NCBI RefSeq assembly: GCF_001194135.2
Contig: NC_068981.1
Coordinates: forward strand, 192,661,854 to 192,725,853
Direction of reading: 5' to 3'
DNA length: 64,000 nucleotides
Source: Octopus bimaculoides
Taxonomy: Eukaryota
Below the pieces are notes generated by a model, which saw nothing but the letters and a program-made list of their open reading frames with translations, was not told where the DNA came from and did no database searches. This document shows, in pieces, positions 49,971 to 62,135 of this stretch (position 1 is its first letter; each line of letters starts with the position of its first letter). Made by a program: the position numbers and the translations under genes.

Positions 49971-50349
49971 AGTTCTTTATTTAAGAGATGAGGAATTATG
50001 TACATTATTTACATTTGATGGATATTTGTCCTCATCTTGTTTGTTGTTAACACATTTCGGCTGATACACCCTCCAGCCTTCATCAGGTGTCTTGGGGAAA
50101 TTTTGAACCTGGGTTCTCATTCCTAAGGTATTTTTCAATGTTGTTGTTGTTATTATTATTGTTCAGGTCACTGCTTGGAATCGAACTTGGAATCTTGGGG
50201 TTAGTAGCCCATGCTCTTAACCACTACGCCATATACTCACGGGCATATGGTGTAGTGGTTAAGAGTGCGGGCTACTAACCTCAAGATTCTGAGTTTGATT
50301 CCAGGCAGTGACCTGAATAATAATAATGATAGGACCATTGAAAAATACC
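49971..50349. mobile_element. Palindromic element with twin tRNA-like heads and a hammerhead-containing tail
   Basis: 50161-50234 and 50245-50318 are inverted copies (9 mismatches, all transitions) with A box TGGYGTAGTGG and B box AGTTYGATTCC. The left tail carries a hammerhead-like motif; the right tail runs into the gap. Confidence 0.75.
50049..50091 (-). ncRNA. Degenerate minimal hammerhead motif
   Basis: GACAC-CUGAUGA-A-GGCUG-(10 nt)-CAGCC-GAAA-U-GUGUU. Stems I and II are intact, but only one nucleotide lies between GAAA and stem I (stem III/cleavage site incomplete), so this copy is predicted inactive. Confidence 0.5.
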
Positions 50350-50987
50350 NNNNNNNNNNNNNNNNNNNNNNNNNNNNNNNNNNNNNNNNNNNNNNNNNNN
50401 NNNNNNNNNNNNNNNNNNNNNNNNNNNNNNNNNNNNNNNNNNNNNNNNNNNNNNNNNNNNNNNNNNNNNNNNNNNNNNNNNNNNNNNNNNNNNNNNNNNN
50501 NNNNNNNNNNNNNNNNNNNNNNNNNNNNNNNNNNNNNNNNNNNNNNNNNNNNNNNNNNNNNNNNNNNNNNNNNNNNNNNNNNNNNNNNNNNNNNNNNNNN
50601 NNNNNNNNNNNNNNNNNNNNNNNNNNNNNNNNNNNNNNNNNNNNNNNNNNNNNNNNNNNNNNNNNNNNNNNNNNNNNNNNNNNNNNNNNNNNNNNNNNNN
50701 NNNNNNNNNNNNNNNNNNNNNNNNNNNNNNNNNNNNNNNNNNNNNNNNNNNNNNNNNNNNNNNNNNNNNNNNNNNNNNNNNNNNNNNNNNNNNNNNNNNN
50801 NNNNNNNNNNNNNNNNNNNNNNNNNNNNNNNNNNNNNNNNNNNNNNNNNNNNNNNNNNNNNNNNNNNNNNNNNNNNNNNNNNNNNNNNNNNNNNNNNNNN
50901 NNNNNNNNNNNNNNNNNNNNNNNNNNNNNNNNNNNNNNNNNNNNNNNNNNNNNNNNNNNNNNNNNNNNNNNNNNNNNNNNNNNNNNN

Positions 50988-51290
50988 GACTTATTCTTTG
51001 TAAGCCTAGTACTTATTCTATCGGTCTCTTTTGCCGAATTGCTAAGTTATGGGGACGTAAACACACCAGCATCGGTTGTCAAGCGATGTTGGTGAAGACA
51101 GAAACACACATATATACATATATACAACGGGCTTCTTTCAGTTTCTGTCTACCAAATCCACTCACAAGGCTTTGGTCGGCCTCAGGATATAGAAAAAGAC
51201 ACTTGCCCAAGGGGCCACACAGTGGGACTGAACCTGGAACCATGTGGTTGGTAAGCAAGCTACTTACCACGCAACTACTCCTGCGCCTAT
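50988..51290 (-). mobile_element. SINE family B
   Basis: Reverse complement of head plus tail 1, truncated by the gap. Confidence 0.9.
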
Positions 51291-51409
51291 ATATGAAATT
51301 TTTAGTTTAGTTTACAAACTCCCAGTACTACCTTTGCAGACCACCAAGGATCTGTGGACCCCAGGATGGGAACCACTGACCTACAGTTATTAAATCAATG
51401 ACAGTCTCT

Positions 51410-51660
51410 AAGTAATCAATCATTCTGCTAAAAATGGCAGCTAAATATTCCTCAAATCACGTCTTACTGTCTTAAAAAAACTGCATTGGATATTGTGGTC
51501 CTAGACCATCTTATCTTTTTCCCAGGCACAATGTACCAAGGCCCACATTATCCAGTGTGTCCTTTCCTAGGACACTAGGATGTAATTTGAGAGGAACTTG
51601 GCTGCTATTTCTCACATGCTGAGCAACCACATAGATGTCCACTCTCTCTCATTGGCTCAA
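51410..51660. mobile_element. Two family D SINE fragments in inverted orientation
   Basis: ctgctaaaaatggcagctaaatattcctcaaatcac (+) faces gatgtaatttgagaggaacttggctgctatttctc (-). Confidence 0.6.
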
Positions 51661-52089
51661 AATGCACTGATTGATCTCTTGTTTGATGCAGTAACTATAG
51701 CAACCTTATAGTTTAATTAGAATAATTTTTTTTTTGTGTAAGTTTAGTATTAATTTTATTAAAATGAAATCTACAGATTTGCATACAAGGATTGTTACAT
51801 GTGTGAGAGGGTGTCTGTCCCAGCTCTTATCACATGCTACAATTATTAATCACATGTTCAAAAACACAAATGTCTGATTGACTTCCACAATGGGAACTTA
51901 ACATATTTCAGTTACCATTAATATTTATTGAAAAGTAGGGCAGCACTGATAGCAACAGGATCATTGTATCAGTGACTCTGGGTCCTGCGTTCCAAATATC
52001 ATTGTCGTTAACTTTGCTTTCCAAAGTATATCTTTTATCTTTTCTTTTTATCTGTTGCTTGTTTCACTTATTGGACTGTGGCCATGTTG

Positions 52090-52425
52090 GGGCAATGCCT
52101 TGAAGGGTTTAGTCAATCAAACCAATCCCATTACAGATTCCGTCAGCTTCTTTTGCTGAACTGCTAAGTTACAGTGATGGAAGGAAGCAAAGCAACACTG
52201 GTTCTCAAGTAGTAAGGGGTGGGGTGGGATGCAAAGACGCGTACGTACATACATGTGTACGGCAGGTTTCCATCCAGTTTCTGTTTACCAAGTTCAGTCA
52301 CAAAGCATTGGTTGGTCAAGGTCTGTAATAGAAGACACTTGCCCAAGGTGCCATGCAGTGGGGCTGAACCTGAAACCATATGGTTGCAAAGTGAGCTTCT
52401 TAACCACACAACCATGCCTGTGCCA
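52090..52425 (-). mobile_element. SINE family B
   Basis: Reverse complement of the B consensus. Confidence 0.8.
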
Positions 52426-52439
52426 TATCAATAATACTC

Positions 52440-53070
52440 ATCATCATCATCATCATCATTTAGCATCTGTTGTCTATGCTGGCATGGACTGGGCAGTTTG
52501 ACCAGGGCTGGTAAGCTGGGAGGCTGCACCAGACTCCAATCTGATTTGGTATGGTTTTCTAATGCCAACCACTCCGAGAGTGTAATGGGTGCGTTTATGC
52601 GCCACCGGCACAGGTGCCATTTGCGTGACACCAGGATCTGCTATGACTGCTATTTTGCTCAGCTTGATGGGTCTTCTTCTCAAGCCCAACGTAATTTTAT
52701 ATTTCTTTATTGCTCACAGGGGGCTAAACATAGAGGGTGCAAACAAGGACAGACAAAAGGATTAAGTCGAGAACATCGACCCCTGTGTGTGACTGGTACT
52801 TATTTAATCGACCCTGAAAGGATGGAAAGCAAAGTTGACCTCGGTGGAATTTGAACTCAGAACATAACAGCAGATGAAACACCACTAAGCATTTCGCACA
52901 ACATAATGCCAAAGGTCTTGGTCATTGCTTCCATGAAGCCCAACACTTGAAAGGAATTCAGCCAGTTTGCCTCTGTGAGGTCTAATGCTCGAAAGGCGCT
53001 CTTTATATACCACTGGCATGGGTGCTAGTTATGTGACACTAGCATTGACCATGACTATAATTTCACTGTT
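52440..53070 (-). mobile_element. SINE A copy interrupted by a SINE E (52700-52895)
   Basis: A core and extension flank an E copy with a tttctttattgctcacagggggctaaacatagagg tail. Confidence 0.7.
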
Positions 53071-53660
53071 TATCTTTAATATGTGAGGTGGTGGGAGGTC
53101 TTGCATTTAAAGGCAAATCACTATGGAGATAGAGAGTCCGTGTTGCAGATATTTCCATCCGAGGTTTTAAGCTGTTGCTGTGTAATTGTAATTTCAGAAA
53201 TACTAATGTGGACTTGTAATTGCACAAGTCTGCAACTTTAATTCCCACGTTCAATGTGTTGATTGTTGTTGTTGCTCTTGATGTCGAGGGTTGGAGTGTT
53301 ATAAATGGTGGACTTTGAATGATGATGATGATGATAATAATAATAGTAATAATTACATAGATATTTTCTGTATTTTCTGCAATTATTTTCAGGAATTGTT
53401 ATCATAAGGAGTTTTGATAAGATAAAAAAAGACCAACAAGAAAAAAAAAAAAAAACGAAGCTTATTGGATCATTGTTTGTTTAATTAAAGTGATTACTTC
53501 ATATCTAATAATATATATTTTTTTTTAATATGTATTATTGGAGGGCCTAGTTAAGACAAGTATGAACTGACTGTGAGCATAGTTTGAACTATTGACCTTT
53601 CATCACCATACTGTTAATTTCTCTGTGTATATTTTGATACATCTATCTACATCTGTCTGT

Positions 53661-53985
53661 TGTGAAGGTGCGTGGCTAAGTGGTAAGGGTATTTCATTCA
53701 TGATTGTAAGGCTGTGAGTTTGATACCTGGAGCTGCATTGTGTCCTTGATCAAGACACATTACTCCATGTTGCTCCAGTCCACTCAGCTGGCATAAGTGA
53801 GTTGTACCTGTAATTCAAGAGAGACCAGCCTTGTCACACTCTGTGTCATGCTGAATCTGCCTGAGAACTACGCTTAAGGTACACTTGTCTGTGAAATGTT
53901 CAGCCGCTTGCATGTTCATTTCACGACCAGGCTGTCCCGTTGATTAGACCATGTAGATCACTTGTTGTAATCGATGGAGTACCAG
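53661..53985 (+). mobile_element. SINE family C
   Basis: Homologous to 46065-46335. Confidence 0.85.
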
Positions 53986-54597
53986 TTATATCTGTCCATG
54001 TTCTTGTCCCTTCTTTATTTTTAACCTCTTAACAGCTTTCATAAAGCTCCCTTTCTCTCTCCTATACTTTCTCTCAGTAAGGCAGTGAGCTGGCACAATC
54101 ATTAGCACACCAAACAAAATGCTTAGCAGCATTTTGTCTGTCTGCACATTCTGAGTTCAAATTTTGCCGTGGTCGACTTTCCCAGAGTGAGTCTGTGTAT
54201 TCATAAAATCCTACTGAGATTATTCATATTCTTGTCTTTTCTGCCATACAGCATTGCACATCACACTGTGTCTACCTTTCATGTGAAGAATGATCCTGTT
54301 GTTATTCATGCGTGCACACAGCAATTTTTTGTTTTTTTCTTCTCTCCTCTCTGACAAAACTAAACTTTATTTCCTTTTGTAATGCTTACTCTTATGGTCA
54401 GTCTAGTACACTTAGACAGACTTAGTGTGGGGCTTAATTGGTTAACCCATTTCACAGTTCTTATTTCATATTCTATCAGATTAAAAACTTGGATAAAACT
54501 TTGCAAGATTCAACTGTGTTTAAAGAATGAGTAAATTCAAAGAGTTGTGTTTTACTGACATGACAGTGCTGCTACTGCTGATAATAATAACAATAAT

Positions 54598-54815
54598 AAG
54601 GCGACAAACTGGCAGAAATGTTAGAATGCCGGGTGAAATGCATAGTGGCATTTCGTCTGTCTTTTCATTCTGAGTTCAAATTCTGCCGATGTCGGCTTTG
54701 CCTTTCATCCTTTCAGGGTTGATAAATTAAGTACCAGTTGCTTACTGGGGTGGATCTAATCGACTGGACCCCTTCCCCAAAATTTCTTGCCTTGTGCCTA
54801 GAGTAGAAAAGAATA
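54598..54815 (+). mobile_element. SINE family E (plus a partial head at 54078-54185)
   Basis: ggcgacaaactggcagaaatgttag...ctgagttcaaattctgcc...gtgcctagagtagaaaagaataataa. Confidence 0.85.
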
Positions 54816-54829
54816 ATAAAAATAATAAT

Positions 54830-55365
54830 AAATGCCCTGATGCAGTGGCCTTCATGGCTTCTGATCTTAATTGATTGGAAGTGATATTATGTACATTGTT
54901 TTGTCTTGATATAAAAGATGGGCTACAGCAAATATTCTGGTCAATACCGCAAATTTATTTGTCCAGTTGAGCATGTCCCTTAGTGTCTGACGATATGTGC
55001 ATCCCTGATCATGAGCAGAAGTAGTGGGGAAGCACCATAGCCATGTGTTGAGAGGAATTCTTTGCGGTTTGGATAATTCACCTTTGGAAACATGGGTTCA
55101 ACATCCTTAAACAACTCTTATTCAGGGGCCTTTTGAGCGGGATGAGCTACTTGACCTGAAGAAAATTCTAACTGGACCCTACATATAAGGTCATGCACTA
55201 TTTATCTTGATATGAGATCACCATGTTGCACACATATGGTTGTGATGCATGTTCCTTGTGTACCCTTATCAGACGGGTAGTCATGATGGGTATACTGGGC
55301 TTCGTATATTTGTACCCCAGTGTCACTTTGATGGCATGCTCTGCTCTCTCACTCAATAATAATAA
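54830..55365 (-). mobile_element. Repeat family F, ~540 bp, flanked by (AAT)n
   Basis: Partial second copy at 26995-27160; no ORF. Confidence 0.65.
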
Positions 55366-55579
55366 TGATAATAATAACCCTTACTACTATCGACACAAGG
55401 CCTGAAATACATTGATTCCAGTGCTTAACTGGTACTTGTATCTTCAACCCCAAAAGAATGGAAAGCAAAGTTAACTTTGGTGGAATTGGAACTCAAAATA
55501 TAAAGACAGACTAAATGCCGCTTTTTGCTGGCATATTAACGATTCTGCCAGCTTGCAGCCATGGTAGCAGTAATCACCA

Positions 55580-55950
55580 TCATGAACCTCATTTAACATC
55601 TGCTCTCCATGCTGGCATGGGTTAGATGGTTTGACTGGAGCTGGAAGTGGCACCCGGTTCCAGTCTGATTTAGCATGGTTTCTAAAAGCTGGATGCTCTT
55701 CCTAACACCAACCACTCAAAGAGTGTAATGGGTGCTTTTACATGTCACCAGCACGGGTGCCATTTACATACCACCAACAACAACCACGACTCAAGGGTGC
55801 CATATAAATGGCATCATTAACGACCATGATTCCTGGGTGCCATTTAAATGGCACCATCAATGGCCACAACGATTCACAGGTGCCATTTACATGGCACCAT
55901 CAATGACCACAACTATGATTTATGGGTGCCATTTATATGACACCACCGTG
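55580..55950 (-). mobile_element. SINE family A with palindromic 40-46-bp internal array
   Basis: A core followed by five ggtgccattt units. Confidence 0.75.
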
Positions 55951-55964
55951 TAATAATAATAGCA

Positions 55965-56194
55965 ATAATCCTTTCTACTAAAGGCACAAGGCCTGAAATT
56001 TTGGGGGAGGGGACTACTCGATTACATCAATCTCCAGTATGCAACTGGTACTTATTTTATTAACTCCGAAAGAATAAAGAGCAAAGTTGACCTTGGCAGA
56101 ATTTGAACTCAGAATGTGAAGACAGATGAAGTGTTACTAAGCATTTCACCCAGCATGCTAATAATTCTACCAGCTTGCAGCCTTGATGATGATG

Positions 56195-56232
<38 letters not shown>

Positions 56233-56460
56233 CCCTTTCTGCTATTGGCACAGAGCCTGAAATTTTGTAGGAGGGGTTAGGGTTAGTCTATTACATTGAC
56301 CTCAGTGTTCAGCTGCCACTTATTTTATTGACCCAGAAAGGATGAGTGGTAAAGCTGACTTTTGTGGAATTTGAACTCGGAATGTAAAGTTGGAAGGAAT
56401 GCCACTAAGCATTTCATGTAGCATGCTAATGATTCTGCCAACTTGCCACTTCATATATTT

Positions 56461-56496
<36 letters not shown>

Positions 56497-57020
56497 ATCC
56501 TTTCTACTAAAGGCACAAGACTTGAAATTTGGGGAAGGGGTAAGTCGATTATATTGACCCCCTGTATTCAACAGGTACTTATTTTATCGACCCCGAAAGG
56601 ATGAAAGGCAAAAGTCAGCCTCGACGGAATTTGAACTCAGAACTTAGCAACTGCAGTAATAATGATGATGAATAATAATCCTTTCTATTATAGGCACAAT
56701 GCCTGAAATGTTGGGGGAGGAGGCTAGTTGATTACATTGACCCCAATGTTTCACTGATGCTTAATTTATCGATCCTGAAAGGACGAAAGGCAAAGTTGAC
56801 CTTGGTGGCATTTGAACTCAGAACGTGAAGATGAGCAAAATACTGTTTTGCCCAGCATGCTAACAATTCTGCCAGTTCACAAGAGGAAAGGGTCAATCAA
56901 CCAAATTGATTCTAGTTCAACTCCGGAAGGACAAATGACAAAATTAACTTCATCAGGATTTGAACTCAGAGTGTAAAGAGCCAAAACTAAATACTACAAG
57001 GCATTTAGTCTGATAATTCT
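55965..57020 (-). mobile_element. Head-to-tail cluster of five SINE E copies
   Basis: Copies at ~55965-56182, 56233-56450, 56497-56645, 56678-56878 and 56900-57020, mostly separated by trinucleotide runs. Confidence 0.85.
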
Positions 57021-57052
57021 TCCACTTGACCGTTTAAAAAAAAATGACAGTA

Positions 57053-57085
<33 letters not shown>

Positions 57086-57269
57086 TTCATTCAGTGTTAA
57101 CTCACTGATATTCCAGTCTTTTGTAGTTTTAAGGTTTCTTTTAGCCATACAATTCAAACCTTAGAAGATAAAAATAATTTCTGGATTCCATCTTGCTGCA
57201 TGACACTTTGGGCAAGTGTCTTCTACTGTAGCCTTGGGTCAACCAAAACCACCACCACCACCACCACCA

Positions 57270-58115
57270 CCACCATCATTTAACTGCCATTTCTCCATGC
57301 TTGTCTAGGTCAGAAGGAATCTGTGAAGGCAGATTTTCTGAGGCTGGATGCCCTCCCTTTTGCCAGTCCTCATCCAATTCCAGTCAAAGTGATATTTTCC
57401 CATACCACAGCATATTTTTCTCAGAAGACCAGTAAAGAACAGCATGGCTTTCTTACCATCCTGTGATGTCATGACAAAGGAACATATACACATACATACG
57501 TATATGCATTTGCATCCATTACACTCTTGGAATGGTTGGCATTAGGAAAGGCATCCAGCCGTAGAAAACCATGCCAAAACAGACCGGAGTCTGGTGCAGC
57601 CCTCCAGCTTGCCAGCCCTGGTCAGACTGTCCAACCCATACTAGCATGGACAACGGACGTTAAATGATGATGATGATGATACAATGGGCTTCTCTTAGTT
57701 TCTGTCCATCAAATCTACTCTTGGCCTGAGGGTGTAGTAGAAGACACTTGCTCAAGATGAGATTGAACTGGAGACTACATGGTTGGGAAGCAAACTTGAC
57801 CGCACTGTCACATCTGTGCCTTAGGAGTAGATTTGCTAAGAGGAAAACTGAAAGAAACCTATTGTATATGTGATTGAGTATGTGTCCTTGTCTTGGCATT
57901 GTATAATAGTTGTCAATGAGCCTCACTGTTATAAGCAGTGTCATTCATTTCCAGTTCTTTTCAAAAATATGTTTAAGGAGGAAATGTCATCTTGGTTGGA
58001 AACAAGGTGGGGTTTGGTGACAAGAAGAGCATCCTGGCCCTTGCAAATCTACCTCACTAACTCTGTCTCACTCATATCAGTATGAAAATGTGGACAATAA
58101 AATGATGATGATGAT
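57270..58115. mobile_element. Nested SINE cluster (tail 2 minus, A plus, B heads, B head + tail 2 plus)
   Basis: Recognisable family motifs in both orientations. Confidence 0.7.
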
Positions 58116-58569
58116 AGGTATGTGCGTACTGTACTATTTCATTCATGGTAATGTGTCTGGGTCAGCCTTTTATAATTCCAGCTTAGAATAATTGCAACAC
58201 AAATTTAGAAAATATTCTTTTTTTGTATGTGGATCATTTAGGAATTTATTTCAAGGCCTTTTTCTTTTTGTTAATAAACAAAATGTCGTTGAATTCCAGT
58301 TGACTTCCACAGACATGAAAATGCTTGAAATGTTTCTTTCGTTTGTGAAAACAGAATCTGTGTGAAGGACTCCCCCCCACCCGCCACCAACTCAAATCCT
58401 TCAGTTTTTTTGTTCTTAAAATGGTACAGTACTAAGATCTCAATATAAAGGGAAGCATCAATTTTGTGGTTGCATATAACTTGTTTAGCCCTAGGTCAGA
58501 TTGGATTGATCAAATCTATGATCACTGACACTCCAGCTATGACCACCACTGCGTTTTTTTCTCAAGACC

Positions 58570-58965
58570 ATCATCATCATCATCAGTATCCTCATCATTT
58601 AACGTCTATTTTCCATGCTGGCATGGGTTGGGCAATTTGACAGGAGCCAGCAAGCTGGAGGGCTGCATTGTGCTCCAATTATTTGTTTTGGTACGGTTTC
58701 TACAGCTGGATACCCTTCCTAATGCCAACCACTTACAGGGTGTCCTGGATGCTTTTTACATGGCACCAGCACATGTTATTTACATGACACCAGCACGGGT
58801 GGTTTTTATGTGGCTCCAGCACAAGTACTCTTCATATGGCTCCAACACGGGTACTTGATACATGACACCAGCACTAGTGCTTCATACCTAGTACCAGCAT
58901 GAATGCTTTACATGTGGCACCAACATGGCTGCTTCATGTGTGGAACCAACACAGGTGCTGCTTAC
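58570..58965 (-). mobile_element. SINE family A with short tandem units
   Basis: A core plus repeated tacatgacaccagcac-like units. Confidence 0.8.
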
Positions 58966-59055
58966 ATCAGTGTTATATCTTTTTTTCTAAAAACTAACCT
59001 GATTTGAAAGAGGCTTTCCTCTGTTATTTCTAGCAGTCAGCGGTTCCTTCTACAG

Positions 59056-59081
59056 ATGTAGAAAGAGGAAGAAGACTTGGA
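59056..59081 (+). CDS. Candidate 26-nt exon
   Basis: Acceptor ttccttctacag and donor GA|GTGAGT; phase 2 to 1 gives CRKRKKTW, compatible with 61370. Confidence 0.2.
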
Positions 59082-59379
59082 GTGAGTTATAACCTAAAAA
59101 CTATTATTTAGGTGATTATCTGATAAATACATTTAATTAAATAGAGTGATTAATGAAATGATTCCCGTAGCTGCTCTTTTGTTCTTTCAGTTATTGATCT
59201 GAAATTTATTTCTTATATTTCCTGATTTACTCCCCTGGCCTCCATTCAATATATTTCTAGATGGCATCAAATCTAGACTTTCTCAAAATCATTTACTAAT
59301 TAACCAAGTTTCTAATTAAAATGCACTTTTCTTTTAGAAACGGTCAACTTTTTTTTTTGTTACCTTTTATCTTGTTCTT

Positions 59380-59740
59380 GTTTCAGGCTTAGGCTGCGGC
59401 CATACTGGGGCACTGCTTTAAATTTCTTTTCGAATGAATTTACTCCAGTACTTATTTCTTTCTTTTTTAAGCCTGGTAATTATTCTATCAGTCTCTTTTG
59501 CCAAAACTGCTAAGTTATGGGGACGTAAACACACCAACACTGGTTGTCAAGCAGTGTAGTGGGAAACAGACACACACACACGATGGGTTTCTTTCAGTTT
59601 CTGTCTACTAAATCCACTAACAAGGCTTTCAATGGCCCAAGGCTGTAGTAAAATACACTTGCCTAAGGCGTCACACAGTGGGACTGAACCTGGAACTATG
59701 TGGTTGGGAAGCAGGTTTCTTACCACACAGCCACACCTAC
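59380..59740 (-). mobile_element. SINE family B
   Basis: Reverse complement of tail 1 plus head. Confidence 0.85.
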
Positions 59741-59744
59741 ATAT

Positions 59745-59995
59745 CCTTTATTTGGAAGATGAATGGTGACTTCCTTGACCTTGGTCATTGTAGACTGATG
59801 GAGCTCTCTGTAGGTTGGATTCTATGGATTCATTATGGATCTCTGTCTGTTGGTGCCTGCAGGGAAAGCACGGACGGGGTGAGGACTTGCCCTTCCTGTC
59901 ACCTGTCACTTCACAATGCATTTGGTGCATTTTATCGTGGCATTGAAGTTGCTAATCATAATCCCTCTTACACAAGGTGTGTCTATCCCTCTTGA
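59745..59995 (-). pseudogene. Possible Tx1/L1 endonuclease remnant
   Basis: GIMISNFNAT resembles the APE-endonuclease GDFNA motif; otherwise heavily decayed. Confidence 0.3.
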
Positions 59996-60074
59996 CAACC
60001 TGACTCAGTTGGTGGGGGTAGTCTTTTTCTTTGTCTTGTGAATTACTTGGTGACCTCACTAATACCAGTATCAT

Positions 60075-60780
60075 CATCATCGTTTAACGTCCATTTTCCA
60101 TGCTAGCATGGGTGGGAAGGTTTGGCAGAGGTCTAGAGATCCAGTGGCTGCACCAGGCTCCAATCTGATCTAGCAAGGTTTCTACAGCTGGATACTCTTC
60201 CTAATGCCAACCACTCCGAGAGTGTAGTGGGTGCTTTTTACGTGCCACCGGCACAGGAGCCAGTCAGGCGGGCTTGGTACCAATCATGTTTGGATAGTAC
60301 TTTTTACGCACCACTGGTGCAGGGACCAGTCTGGGAGCACTGGCATTGGCTATGTTAGGTTGATGCTCTTTATGTGCCACTTTCATGAGAACCTGTCAGG
60401 AGGTGAAAAAAAAAAAAAAAAAACAGCCAGTAGATTCTGAAAAGGTGGTTGGTGTTAGAAAGGTCACCCAGCTGTAGAAAGTATGCCAGAAGAGACAAGT
60501 GGAGCTTGATGCAGTCCTCCAGCTCATTAGACCCTGTCCAACCATCCAATCCATACCAACATAGAGGACTGAACATTAAATAATGGTCATGACGATGATC
60601 GTCATCATTAAGTGTCTGTTTTCCATACTGGCATGAGTTCTGTTGGAAGTGGTAAGGCTGGGGGCTGCATTAAGCTCGATTGTCTGTTTTGGCATGGTTT
60701 CTACAGATGGATACCCTTCCTAATGCCAACCACTTTACAGAGTGTACTGGGTGCTTTTTTTCATGTGGCATCAGCACCAT
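60075..60780. mobile_element. Three adjacent SINE A copies (-, +, -)
   Basis: 60075-60390 (-), 60428-60600 (+) and 60600-60780 (-). Confidence 0.8.
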
Positions 60781-61015
60781 ATGAAAAGGACTAGGTGTGT
60801 ATGCAGTAGAAAGGCTTGCATTGAAATTACTTTAAAACTAAGATAAACTGTTATTTTTTTTTCTCTTCCTCTCTATTTTATTGTAATGTAGTTCTGTGTG
60901 TGTGCGTGGTGGTGGTGGTGGTGGTGGTGTTTTGCTGTAGTTTGATGATATGATGTGCTCTGCGTGTGGTGATAGTGATATAGCGACATCTGTGCCTGGT
61001 GTAGCTACTGATAAC

Positions 61016-61046
<31 letters not shown>

Positions 61047-61369
61047 TGATGAATCATTGTATTTATTGCGCGCATGCACACACACACACACACACACACA
61101 CTATGTTAAATTATCTCAAACATGTTTCTGTTATTTTTTAAAACTAAACACACACTTTATTCTTTATATTTTGAATATAAGAAAATTGGAATAAGATATT
61201 CCTCTCTAACTTTTAGATCTTTCTCTTCACTATTACTGAGTATATCATTAATTGTTTGTATTATTTATATTTCTGTTTCTCCTCTTTGATTCCAAAAATT
61301 CTATGTCAAATATCCATTCCCCAGAGTTTTCATTTTCAATCTATTCTTTATTGTAATTTGGTTTCCTAG

Positions 61370-61557
61370 GAGACCCACTGGAGATAATTTCAGTTATTCT
61401 TCAGAGAAAAGAAGGCATAAATGAAATTTGTGAATATTTATTTAAAACAGCTGTCTTCAACCCAAAACAGAATCTGTTCATGTATTTCAAGTATTGGCAT
61501 CAAGTGGACAGATGGAACTTAAATAATCCATGCCATTGTCTTTGTTCATTTAAGTCG
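61370..61557 (+). CDS. Candidate internal coding exon (188 nt) of an unidentified plus-strand gene
   Basis: Acceptor aatttggtttcctag and donor TCG|GTATGT. 62 open codons in AT-rich unique DNA: xDPLEIISVILQRKEGINEICEYLFKTAVFNPKQNLFMYFKYWHQVDRWNLNNPCHCLCSFKS. The minus-strand frames I translated contain stops and show no TE motif. Confidence 0.45.
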
Positions 61558-61646
61558 GTATGTTCTCATTGGAATGACTAGCAGCAATAGAGCTGTAGTT
61601 CTAAATGTATAATACAACTCGTCTCCTCTTTACCACTTAATGCCAG

Positions 61647-61717
61647 CATCAGAACAATATGTTGGTGATTCATATCAGGTTCAGGGAGATCACAGAGCGG
61701 CATCTATTACACGTTGG
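61647..61717 (+). CDS. Candidate exon (71 nt)
   Basis: Acceptor ctttaccacttaatgccag after an 89-nt intron, donor GG|GTATTA; phase 0: HQNNMLVIHIRFREITERHLLHV. Confidence 0.25.
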
Positions 61718-61911
61718 GTATTACTAAAAATAAGATGTTCTCTGAAAGACGATTCCTTTGATAGCTGATGTTTCTATATCTACTTTCTTATGAGCTAGTG
61801 AGGGAGCTTCTGTGTTGTTGCTTGACTTATTAAAAACAGTAGTGAAGCCTACCTCAAATCACACTCTGATACCGTAAATTTGAACACGGACTACATCAGA
61901 CAAGGTATTAT

Positions 61912-62135
61912 TAACCGTTTAGCATTCAGCTTACTCTCTCAAGTGTAATGTATATTCATTGACATTCTTTTGAATTAATCATGTATTATCATGTAGCTTC
62001 AAGATTTCAATGATGTGATTGTTTATTTTTAGAATGACATTGTTGGGTTGGTGTGAGAGACTGGATCCAGTTAGTTTGAATCTTCAACAAATACAATATT
62101 AGGCCCATATATGACTGGCTCAACGCATTAGCGTC
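61912..62135. mobile_element. piggyBac-type MITE
   Basis: TTAACCGTTTAGCATTC start, with gaattaatcatg-attatc-tgtagcttcaagatttc shared with 20931-21030. Confidence 0.65.

Noticed and set aside
50245-50318. tRNA gene
   Set aside because: A and B boxes are present but there is no convincing acceptor stem/cloverleaf, and it continues into a repeat tail, so it is a SINE-type head.
55756-55945. CRISPR array
   Set aside because: Eukaryotic context, no cas genes, spacers related to each other, and embedded in a SINE.
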